A DNA stretch of 64,000 bases from Vicugna vicugna (Eukaryota): contig MU058384.1 in assembly GCA_013265495.1 (NCBI GenBank), positions 4,015,239-4,079,238 of the forward strand, in the 5' to 3' direction. Within the stretch, counting starts at the first letter, position 1; each line of letters starts with the position of its first letter. Shown one piece after another: positions 13,270-25,020 of the stretch. Below the pieces are notes generated by a model, which was given only the letters and a program-made list of their open reading frames with translations, did not search any database and was not told the origin of the DNA. The position numbers and the translations under genes were made by a program.

Positions 13270-14290
13270 TCCAACTGCTATAATTTATGACATTTAATTC
13301 ACTGAGTTCAGAAATTTTAAGGATAAAAATTACCACAGAGAGAACTCCATTATTATAATAAGGAATAGGTTTATTAAGACACTTATAATTCTCTCTGAGG
13401 AATAAAATTAGTATACATTAGTTGATGCTCTTCAGTGGTAAAATCACCAGTGATCAATTATTATATAACAAGCTGAAACATAATACTACTAGGAAAAATA
13501 TAAACAGACCTTTTTCTAGTCTTCCACTTAATATAATATAGGCAGGTCCAGGTTAATATCAAATATAAACATTAGTATATAACACAAGAATGACCCTAAC
13601 AAATTAAATCCATTTTGGCCCCAATGTTATCTCTCTTCTAAAGGAAAAAAATTCTAGCAGATTCCTGGAGTTATGCAAGTGTTACTATGTTTACAAATAT
13701 AAACTTAGGTTTAAGTTTTTGATAGGTCTTATCTATCTGTAAAGCCAAAACAAATCACAAATTTAAGTTTTAATAAAAAAAAACACTGCTAGCTCAAAAA
13801 CATTCAAATTAAAAGATATTTGTCATGAAGAATATTTTTCTGAAATTAAGGCAACAGTATACACATGGACCTGATGCATTAGAGATGCTCTGTGCTACCA
13901 TGAGTTGCTGGTGATTTATTTCACCCATTGTTTTTCTCTATTTAAACTGCTTTAAAACCTCAAATCTCTTTTCATACAGCGTACTATGATATCTCTTGGC
14001 TTTTACTTGGCATTAACACAATATTTACCCAGTTCAAACTGGTCTGTTATTAGCCCTTGTCACGTAAGCTGGTACTACCTGATATCAGTATGCTCTGAAA
14101 TACTAATGAAGAATGAAGCACCAAAATCATGTGATAACACTCAGTTTTGTGATAGCTATGTAGATGATCAGACTATTGTAATGATTTTTTTTTAATTTTA
14201 TCGGAGCAAAAACAAATTTGTAAAAATTCATATAAAGAGTTGGAACCCAAAAAAAAAAAAAAGAGTTGGAACCCAGTTTGAGAAACACAG
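13270..14290. mobile_element. hAT-Charlie-type DNA transposon remnant (left boundary approximate)
   Basis: Ends in tggaacccagtttgagaaacac, a Charlie-like terminus. Internal words recognised from memory. Confidence 0.45.
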
Positions 14291-14689
14291 TCCATTTCTG
14301 AATGACCCTGGCCTCTGGGAAATGTTTAGTGTGCTGTTAAATTTATTCTTCATTGCATGATACACAAAGCTTGCAATGTGTAACCTAAGAAACTCTGCTT
14401 CCCTTAATTATTTTAAAATTTATCTTCCTTGAATTTATCCATGCCAATCTTGAAACAATCTGTATTTTCACTTTACATCATCTCTCGTAGTAACAACATA
14501 AAGAAGTACTTGTATTTCTCTTATAGAGAACTTGCAGTTTAAAAGTTAGGACCCATGATTGTCATAAATTAGGTTTCAGGGAATAAGTCCTCTTTCACAA
14601 TTTCCATACCTTTCATGATTTTATGGATTTTTTTCTGTTCCCTTTCTACTTTCATTTTATTAACTGAATATTTTTGTTATGCTTACTAC

Positions 14690-15345
14690 ATCAGTAAGGG
14701 TTCAATCAGGAGAGAGAAACCAGAGATTAATTTGAACAGGAAAACGTAACATCAAGAATAACTGTTACTTGGGATTGGAGTAACAGGAGATTGGCTAGTA
14801 AGAAGTAGAGAATACTCTAAAGAATACAGGAATAGCAGATAAAAGCAGCAGCCCCATCCCCTGGGCCATACCCAAGGAAGAGTCCCCTCTTTCAGGGCTT
14901 CCATCCAGACCTTGTTGGAGAGGATATGACTGTGAGACATTAGATGGTGGAGAAGTTGCTATGGTTTCTTGACAGTGGACCTGGCCAGATATCCATCCTC
15001 TAGAATGCTGGGGAAAAGCTGTCCACTGGAAGGTGTCTCACCAGAGGTCCTCTACCGCAAGTCTGCCCTAGAAGGATGCTGGGGGGGAGCTGCTGGCTAT
15101 GGTGTATTGCAGGAACTGGCACTGAGGAATTCTCAAGCATCACAGGAGCCGGACACTGGGAAGGCCCCAAGGATGTGCTGCCAGAGCCTGCCGACCCAAA
15201 CCAAAAAGCAGAACTCCTTCCTCCTACAGTGTCTCTCCAACAGCCATGATTGACAGAGCTGAAGATGGCAAAGGAAAATTATTTAAAGGGCCCAGATCCA
15301 ATTTCACAGAGCAGAAATGGAGGGTAAATTTTGAGCTGAGAGGCA
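14690..15345. mobile_element. Old LTR-like element (ERVL/MaLR class)
   Basis: Starts tcagtaagggttcaatcaggagagagaaacc, typical of old ERVL-class LTRs. GC-richer than the flanks. Confidence 0.4.
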
Positions 15346-15496
15346 GAAAAGGAAAAAAAAAAAAAACTAACAGGTTTGCCTTATCTTTAAAAGGCTCCTT
15401 CTCCAGATCTTTGATCATTGAGTCATATTTCTCTAGAGATTCTTCAACATGAGTGTGGAGTTGAGGAAGAAGTGCTTTAGAACCAAAAGTTCCTAG

Positions 15497-15664
15497 TTTT
15501 TTATATATATATATTTTTTTTTTATTTATTATTGTATTGTTTAATTATTTTACTTTGGGGGTTGGGGGAGAGAGGTAGTTAGGCTTAGGAGGTACTAGGG
15601 ATTGAACCCAGGACCTCATGCATGCTAAGCATGTGCTCTACCACAAAGCTATACCCTGCCCCCC
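15497..15664 (-). mobile_element. tRNA-derived camelid-type SINE
   Basis: Reverse strand reads gggtatagct..tggtagagcacatgcttagcatgcatgaggtcctgggttcaatcccta. TSD ccaaaagttcctag at 15483-15496 and 15663-15676. Confidence 0.92.
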
Positions 15665-18600
15665 AAAAGTTCCTAGAAGTTCAACAACTCTGGGATTAAC
15701 CTACTTAGAAAACTAAGAACATCTCATCTGGACCTGGCGATATCTCCCTCACAAGATATGGAAGAGGGGTAGGGCACAATATTGTCAGTGAAGGAGTTCC
15801 TAAACCCGTGTTGCCCCATACAAACGTTAGGTGTTATCTTTATCCTTCAAAAGTGCAGTGTTTAGAAGACACACAGTATAGTGGGTGTAGCTGCAGTGTG
15901 ATATTGTAGAAAAATACTTTTGTGTTATATCTGGTGTCCCGTCTTCCTTTGCCTCATATTTTATTGGCTCTTTCTTGAACCATAAAAACCTAAAGATCCA
16001 GTGTCACCAGGAAGCAGTTCACAGTGATCGCAAGATCTTTTACCTCCACTGTGGCTGATAACTCTCCGTCTCGTAAGGACAGCTCAGCCTACAGTTCTCT
16101 AAACTCATTGCTTTCCCTGTTATGCTCAAGGGGTTCTTCTTATGACTTGCATTTCCCAGAATAAGTATTATCTGCATACTCAAAATGTTCACCCTGTATG
16201 TCTTCCAGATAATTATAAAACTGGCGTTAGCCCCTGACTCTGAGGCTGCCTGCCACTCATCCTCCTTCATCTAGAGAAGGACCTCTTGTACTTATCATAC
16301 CCTTCCCTAAGACAGTTTCCTATTCACGAATGAACATTCCTTTTGATTCAGTGGAGACTCATATTTCTAAACAGTTTTACTTCCGAAATCCTGTTAAGGA
16401 CTTAAAACTACAAATAAATCATTTCCACTGATGCTCTCTTTTACACCCAGTTTCAAGTCAACCTTGAAATCACTTTTACCAGAGTCACTGTTTTTCACGT
16501 CAGTGCCTTACGTTTAGTGAAGCATTCCATAATCCTTGCAGTCAGCTGCTTTATTAAATGCCCTGCTATTACAGATTTCCCCCAGCCTGCCCACTACGAA
16601 TTAAATCACTAGTTGGAGATACCCAGGGTCCTTTCCAAGGAACTTGATGTGGGTGACACTCTGGAATCCACTGTGACAGGGTGGCAGGGTTTGTTTTCAC
16701 TAGAAAACTCCACTCCTGAGGAGGAATATTTTTGGTTCAGATTAGGGGAAGTTTGCCTTTTTATAATGTCTCGAGTACCTTGTACTCGAAGAGGAGGTTT
16801 GTCTTCTCTTTAGGAAAAATAAATGAGTGCTGGGAACTGGGTTATATTCGCCCCTACCCACCCCAAGAGGATGTCAGCAAATGGTCTCACAGGACCCGGG
16901 GATGACTGAGTCCTCCTGATACTCCTTTTCCAGCACTCACAGCACTCCTGGTACAGGGAAACCGTGCACAGGAACACCCTGAACCTTGAACGGCCTGAGT
17001 GACACGTCTGGCCCCTGTGGTTTCTCCGGCTCTGGGTTTTGGTATGCGATCCTCTTCAAGCATGAAAGCCATTCTCCTTGTCTGACAGTCTCCCTGCTGA
17101 CAATAGGTAGAACTCAAGAGGGTTGGTGTTGCCAAAATTCTGGCCAACTTTTAAAGATGCCAAGAAATATATGAGCCTGGACCGGATGGTTCTCACTCCA
17201 GAAGCCGTTTAGGTTCTTTAGAGAGTGTGTCATAGAGGGAAGTGCCCAGGGAGTGGAGGAGAACATCTCTTCATGGATAGGAAACTTGCATGGAAACAGG
17301 CAACAGAGGATACAGATAAATGTGTGAGTACAAGTGTGTGGGGGATGTGGTGGGAAGAAATTAAGTTTCTTAGGTCATTCAGATACGTTCTTCCATGTCC
17401 AGCTGCGAATCTCTATTCTAGAAGCTAAAAAAGTCTCATGAGTATACATACAGTCTACTGTCTTACCCTCCTAATACCCCTACAAGACATTTTATTATGC
17501 TTGTTCTTAGCCCTAGGGAACTGTCTTTTCAATGGAATGTTCCTTCTCTCTTACACAGGGGATTTGTAGTAATGTCAGGTTTTGCCCTAGTGGTTTTCCT
17601 CCAAATCTTAGGAGTTTATCGTTTTTAGGTTTGTCTAAAGGAAAAGTAACATTCCCAAGCCCCTATCATTCAGACAGAAGGCAATGTATCACTTTCAAAG
17701 TTGCTCACTATAACATGATAAGAAAAATTTGAAAATAAGGTCTTGGCTACCATAAGATGTATAGACTATCAGATTTCCACCATGGTCCAGCCCCCTTCCC
17801 TGACTAGGTTTTGGACCAACTGAGTACGTGGTCTTCAAGAGTCTTGCATCCAGCTTCAACCTCCAGAGTGTAGCCAGAGGGAATTCAGAAGCTGGTGCTC
17901 GTATCTTGAGAGGACACGCAGATCCATAAACCCTAACCCCAGTGACTTCAGTCTGTTTTGTAGTTTCTGCTGATCAGTGTCTCTGAACATTTAATAATTG
18001 GGCTTCAAAAACATATAGCACAATTATTCCTGTCATTGCTATAAGAATGGATGGGGTGGTTGAGTAGGAGTGGGAGGGGAAAATGAGGTCAGCTTTTGAC
18101 TCAAGTCTGGGGTTGGCATTGCCACACAGCTTGTCAGCACACGCAGGCCTAGAAGATGACGGGAGTTGAGACGGTCAAGGCACCGGGGTTTTGAAGATTC
18201 ATTCCTCTTCTTTTTCTTTCACCCAAACTTCTACTTAAAAATCTCTTTGGGAGGAGAACCAAAACTCTTCCCTGGTTACAGAAAGCCCAGTGGTGTTGGA
18301 AAAAAACAGGAGGATGGGTGTGGCAGCCCAGGCACCTAGGACGGCAGGTGATAGGTGTGTGTGTATGCGCACACTCACGTAGACCACTGTGATGCCAAGC
18401 CTCCAACCCCCTCCTTGCTGAAATAGTGGGAAAGCACCATCATAGTCTTAATGTGTATAATATTTTTGTTTTTCCCACAGCACTTTTACAGATAATATTT
18501 TCAATGTACCCTGCAGTGCCTAGGACAGGCATCTTGATTTTTTTTTTTCTAGAAGAAAAAGTTTAACAGAAATATACCAAAATACCCAAATCAGAAATGC

Positions 18601-19839
18601 TTTAGAATATGTTCCACAAAAGCAATATTTCTCACTGACTGAGGAAAGTACTATTTCCTCAATAGCAAAGATTCCTCAAAAAAAAAAAAAGGCAATGGAA
18701 AGATTGGATGTGTATTATCTTCATTTCTACCATTTGGGGAAGGAGTAGCTAACTTGCTAAAGTTCAGGCAGTGGGCATTACTGGCATTAGAGACCTGATT
18801 TTCTGATCTCTTTCCATAGACCTCTATCTAGAGCTAGACATTCAGTTTATGATCAGTATGTGTTAGGAGTTAAAACCTTTACAATTTCTGCTTCATATTT
18901 TTACTCTTATTTTCCATTTGAAGATTTTTAACCTTAGAATGTCAAATAGTCATTTTTTAATGCATGAATTGAGCACTGAACAAATTATGAAGCTTGCAAG
19001 TAAGTTTACTGCTGCAGTCAGTTAAGATGAACAATAAAATTAATCTAGCATTCATCTGATGCACAGGCATTGTTCTTACTACACTGTAAAGTGTGCCAAT
19101 AAACATACAAAGGGCTGCCTATTGGCTTACAAAGTGTGCAAGGGGAGTGAACAACCCTAAGAGAAATTACAGGTAGAAAATTAAGGATTTGGTGGCCAGT
19201 TAAAATGTATCAAAAATCCAAAGATATTAAGCATGAATTAATAAGGATCAAGGTGGGGTCAGAGGCAAAGATGAAAAGGTTGGTCTTGAAAAATTTACCT
19301 ATAAAATTATGCACATGTTTTAGGAAGCAAGAGATATCCAGGAAGGGCTGAAATTTGAATAGCCAGGGAGTATACAAAACAGCATTGTGAGAAAAACATA
19401 GGGCCGGAGATCAAGAGATCATATATTCAGTCTAGACTGTCTCCCAGTAGTTGTGCGGCTTGTGCAAATAACTCCCCTCACCCCCAAATTATAATCCTCT
19501 CATCTTTGAAGTAAAGTCCTAATAAGGGCTACTCTTAATCAGACAAAGGAATGTAAAATCCCTGCAGTAGAAATTTGTTAAATGTATGTAGAACTATTCA
19601 TGGTGATAATCTGTTCTAATCGATAAGAACAATTTTAAAAAGCTTTTTTTAAATAAGAATTTAAAATCCAAATATGTCAGAATTCACCATTACTGTTAGT
19701 AATGATGAGGTCAGTCATTCTAACATTTTGATTGTAAGATCATAAAATTATTTATTATGAAAATTTTTGGTTGTCCTGAAAATGCGTTTTCCAGTTTTAA
19801 TACTAAATTCTTTTAATTTTGATTTTTCAAATTCCCTAG

Positions 19840-20063
19840 TACTCCCAATTTGGAAAAACAACCAAATGAAAATGGAGTATCAGTTCAGAATGAAAATTTT
19901 GAAGAAATTATAAATTTGCCCATTGGCTCTAAACCATCCAGATTAGATGTCACCACCAGTGAGACTGCAGATCTTCCTTTGAATCCAATCTTGGCCTTTG
20001 ACGATGAAGGGACACTTGGGCCACTGCCTCAGGTAGATGGTGTTCAGACACAGCAGACAGCAG
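19840..20063 (+). CDS. MAP7: MAP7 coding exon (exon 17 equivalent), TPNLEKQPNENGVSVQNENFEEIINLPIGSKPSRLDV...GVQTQQTA
   Basis: Acceptor aattccctag|, donor CAG|gtaagc; 224 nt, phase 2->1. Overlaps ORF 19850..20092 and is near-identical to the human C-terminus. Confidence 0.97.
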
Positions 20064-21880
20064 GTAAGCTTGCCTCAGACTACCTTCAGTGATCACCATA
20101 AAGATGTATGTGTCCCCCAGAAGGGAATGAACCTTCTTCAAGGGACCGAACAAACCACATGGAAGGATTGTGCATGGGTCACAGAAATTGAATTTTCAGT
20201 TGGATTGGGCAACTTCTATCACCCCTCCCATTCTCCCACTCGGTGTAGAAACTCAGTCTGCAGCACCCATTGCGTATCCATGAGCCTCCTCGTGGAGCAG
20301 TGTACCCTGCATGGCCCCAGAGCGCATGCTGTCAGTGTCACTTAACACTTAGTGTTAAGACAGACCCGTGATGCCTCACCATAAGCTAGGGGCCATTGAA
20401 CTCGTTCTGCCCACTGGAGAAAAGGTTTGGTTTTTATTTCATCTTTCTCAGCTCTTTGGATATCTAAAGACTGCCATTGTGTTCTCCCATCATTTTTCTC
20501 TTTTGAGTTTACCAACCTGGATAAATATTATTGTCCTTTTTAAATTTAATAAGATACATAGAGACAGTTTAGGTAATGGGACTGGCATTCCAAACTAGGA
20601 GCATGCTAAACCCAAGGGTCTTCCATCCCCTGTTGAGCAACTATCACTGCTGAAACTGCAAGTGGTTCTGTCATACCCTGTCTCTGGGACTCATGCTTAA
20701 CCTGAAGTCTTTGTGCAAAAAGAACAATAACTTTACAGGACCCAAAGAAATAACGTAAAAAATGACCAACTCAGTGCTCATAGTAACTCAACAGCACAAT
20801 CCCATCAGTCTCAAAAATAAGTGGGATACTTGACATGACATTGTAAAATGATTATAAATCAATAAAAAATGTTAAAGAAAAAAAAAAAGTAAGTGGGATA
20901 ATCCAGCTCCATCTCTTTTCAAACCTCTTTGAATTCTTTCGACTTCTCTTCCCAACACATCACTTTCCTGTATTGACCAGCATCCGTCACCATCATGAAC
21001 AGAGCCAGCCGAATTTGGGAGGTTTACATGAGTCATTAAAGAATTGTTTGTGATCAGATTGTTTTGTCTTTTAGGCTCCATCTGTGAACTTGTAACAGAT
21101 ATTTTCTTTAACCACTTTAACTGGTTGAAAAAGCCAATACTGAACTGTCTATCCAAATGAAGCTAGTCTTTTTTTTTTCCCCCTTCAACATACTGATCTT
21201 GTGAGTGTAACTTCACTTTAGTGGTCTACTTTTCTAGATTGTAGAAGGAAGCGATGAGGCCTGACATTCTGACTCTTCTGCCTGTGAGAACACTCTGCTT
21301 ACCCATGTGTTGGTGGAAACATTTCTACTTTGTCACATCACAGATTCACAGAGACCATAGGAACATCCAGATGACTTCCTGTTGCGTTTGCCAGGCTTTA
21401 AATCACCTTTTGATTGACCTGTCATTTCATCCTCACTGTTTCCCTCTTACGTACCTTCTCTAGGAACAAAGTCCAGTGTCTGTGATATTATGTGGTGTTA
21501 GGGTTCTTTTGGTGCCATGACTACTTATCAACAAACATTTACTTAACCTCCAATATACGTTTGGAGCCCGAAGCATCAGGTACTGAGGATTCAAGATGAA
21601 CGTAAAAGCCCTGACCTCAAAGAAAAGCACAGTTGACTTATTCAGTAGAGAAAAGTAAATGATATAGAGCCTAAGTTAAAGAAAAGGACTTTTTTCCTAT
21701 TAGTGGTAGAATTCACTTAAATATAAGAACATGGATCCTAATAAAACTGCCTATTCTTACATGAGACAATGTCTATATAGAAGCATGGTAAGGCTTTAGG
21801 AATGTAAGACATTACGATAGTATTCTTTTGAGATTTTAAATGTCATGTTAACCTGTTCTTTTTTCTGTCTCCTAATATAG

Positions 21881-21891
21881 AAGTTATATGA
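21881..21891 (+). CDS. MAP7: MAP7 last coding exon (exon 18 equivalent), (E)VI-stop
   Basis: Acceptor ttttctgtctcctaatatag|, then AA GTT ATA TGA. This completes the known ...QTAEVI* end; TGA at 21889-21891. Confidence 0.94.
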
Positions 21892-24580
21892 GCATTTCTT
21901 CTGAAGAACCAAAGCAGAAATTTAGTAAGAATTTCTACAATTAATGGAATTCCTTCCATGCTATAAAGGAGTATCCCCCTCCTCCAGTTTTCTAAGGATT
22001 TCTTGATCATCATTTTGAAAAGACTTTATTAAAACCAGCGAAAGACAACAGACTGGATAGCTTTTCTAATAATTTTTGCCAGTAGAGAAAAAGAAATGCT
22101 CCTCGTTCTTCAGTACTTTAAAATGGCTTTTTCCAGTGTGCTCCTTCTTAGGAAATCAATATTTTTCTGCATTCTCTAAAAGATGAGAGCATTTGACTAT
22201 AAAAAGAGATGGGCTGAGTAGGCATGATTTTTCATATAGGTATTTTGGTCTTTAAAAGCTAACATGTAAAATTGGCACAAAAATTTTTACCTTTTACAGT
22301 ATAATACTTGAAATATAAGTACCTCTTGGTTCCACAAGTAGAGTGAATAGGAGAGGTGTTTAAATTAAGCCTGTTTGTTTATGTATTACTACAACGCGCT
22401 CTGTTTGTAGAGGCAAACTATAGGCAGGTTACCAGGTTCTTGTAAATGCACCTTGTACATGGACATTCTGCAGACCCCGCCGTCCTGTTATTCTTGCATC
22501 TCTTTTTGGAAACGCATACTCAACAGTTTTAAAATGTGAAGAAAAAAAGTTATTTTTTCAGAGCAAGAAAATAATTCACTGTCCTCTTAAATAATGTATT
22601 TATAAAGTTTTTTCAGATTAAAACTAATCAAAATAAATTAGAATAATGTGAGAACACTGCAAAATTTGATTTATGGGATGCATTCCTGTGTCACCATGAG
22701 AGAATGTTGCCGATGATTCAGGGCTATTTCTGAAGTCTCTTTATTGCTGCTGTCCCCAGTGATGGTGGGACTTATCTTTGCCTTACCTGATCACAAATTA
22801 TATGGGGGACGGGGGGGAGATTAAGATTTAGTATTTCTTTAAATAAAAAAAGAATTTGGTTTTGCTCGTTTAAGAGCAATGAAAAAGTGACAGAATGTTG
22901 ACTGTTTAGCACCCAGGACACTACAGGATACCTTCCCGAAGGCCCTCGTTCTGCGTTGCATCCATGAGCTTTCACCTTTCATTCTTCTTCTTCACTTTTG
23001 CTGCTGAGCTTAGCTGTATAAACCTGCACTTTCATTTGATAATATAAATTCAATTTTATTTTACCATTCGAAGGAGAGAGAACATTGAGGGAACACACTT
23101 TTATTATGGAGTGTTAAAAAAAAAGGTAAACTTCTGCCACTAGAGTGTGTTTTAGTAAAAGAGGGATTAATTAACCTACTAGATTGAATGAGAAGCTATT
23201 CATTTATTGGACTGTTTCCTTAAAATCCAAGCATATTGTCTTTAGTAACAGCTGTAATTTGTTAAAACATTAATTTTGGGTTTTTCCCTAATCTGAGTTG
23301 TCCATGTACACATAGTCATATTAAAAAAAAAATGTGTTCAACCAAATTGGGTTTTTTTGTTTAAATCGACCTAGCGTGAAACATCAGATGTGTTTGACAT
23401 AGTTTTTCTTTTAGGTTTCTTTATTGTCATACCTTCACTTAAGTTGATTCTTAATTTTTCAACTTATTCTTCATTTAACCTCAGTCAGCTTCCTCTGAAC
23501 AGGCATACAGAATAGGTTTATTTAAAATTGAGAGCAATAGTTCTGTTTTGGCTAGGTTTTCCTTTTTTTTTTATTTATTTATTTTTTTTTTACGTTGAGC
23601 ATTCACTACGCAAAACTGAAAGCCTTCTAAGTAATCAAATTTTAATTAGAAGTGGTAGAAAATTGTTAACTATATTTTGTTAGTGACACTGGCAGAGGAT
23701 GACCTTGATCTTTACAGTGGCTAGATTGCTTTCTGTCTAGCCTTTGAAGATCAGTATTCGCCTGCTGATGTAGAAGAGGTGCTTAATAGGCACTACATTA
23801 AGGGAAATTCTCAGGGATCAAATATGACCCTCTCCATGGAATGAGGGTGAGTGGGCTTTTAGTTTCCTTTTCCATACCACTGCAGTCTGTTCTAGGTCAG
23901 TTTAGTGACCCATCACAAGTTCATTTGGTAGATAACCACCAGCTTTTACTTGGAAGGTAAGGCTATATGTTTCCTCCTACATAACCTCACCACCTGGTGG
24001 CATATTTATAATAAAAGCAAATCTGAAAGAGTTCTCTCACATGCACAAAGATGTATTCACAAGCAGGGCCCTTAGAAAGCTTGGGAAAGTTCTTTTCTGA
24101 TCCTAACCCCATAAATACCTTGACTGACAGGACAGCAGTGATATTCTGAAGGCAGGATTAGGTAACCCAATGGATCAGGCAACACAGTCTTCAATGGGTG
24201 GGCTGGGGGAAGGCACAGGCACAGAGTTCTAGACCTGCAATACTAACAAAAGTCATGAGCTTGTAGCATCTGCCATGTTGTTATATAACTCATCTCGTGC
24301 ATTTTCCCCCTTAAAATCTTTCTAGACAACCACTTACCTTTCAAGCGCCATTCACTAATGAAAAATTACTAACATTCCCTTATGCTGATTAACACTGGAA
24401 TAGATTTTGGTGATAATGTTTAAAGCCACCAGATTGGGGTCCTTCAAATTCTGCCTGGCCTACCCCCAGGGTAAGATTAAAGTTAAACTATACATACACA
24501 AATACATCAAATTTTATACTAAAGCATTTTGAAGTAAATTATTGCATATTAAAATAAACAGGCACCAACAAATTCTCCCA
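21892..24580 (+). other. MAP7: MAP7 3'UTR (3' end uncertain)
   Basis: AT-rich, repeat-poor sequence after the stop codon. AATAAA at 22632, 22842, 24010 and 24553; the last is followed by a U-rich tract. The true end cannot be fixed without transcripts. Confidence 0.6.
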
Positions 24581-25020
24581 TCTTTTGCATTCTTTTTTTT
24601 TTTTAACTAATGGAAATTACTCAACTATTGGCCTACATTTGTTCTGTGCATAGAAATTAAAAGGCATGATGAAATGGCTACCTTAGGTTAGGTTAGAAAA
24701 GCAATTTTTTTTAATGACTTTGTAAGAAACATGTCCCTAACCTCACAGTCCCCCATTCCTGTTTTTAATCGTTGAACACCTAAGCCTGCTTAAAAATGCT
24801 CTAAGTTGTCATTTTCTCACATCCTTTGCACTTCATTGGTTTGGGGGAGGCTTTCTAAAGTCCAGGAGTTGGAAGAGAAAAGGACCAGCTGTGAACGGAG
24901 ATGCAATTTTAAGTTTGTTACAATTTTTTTGCTTGCAACTCTTTCCTTAGTGGCTGCTACTTGGGTCTTTATGTTGGTAGTTTTCATTATTATTTTAAAG
25001 ATCATAAGTAATTTTAGAAA

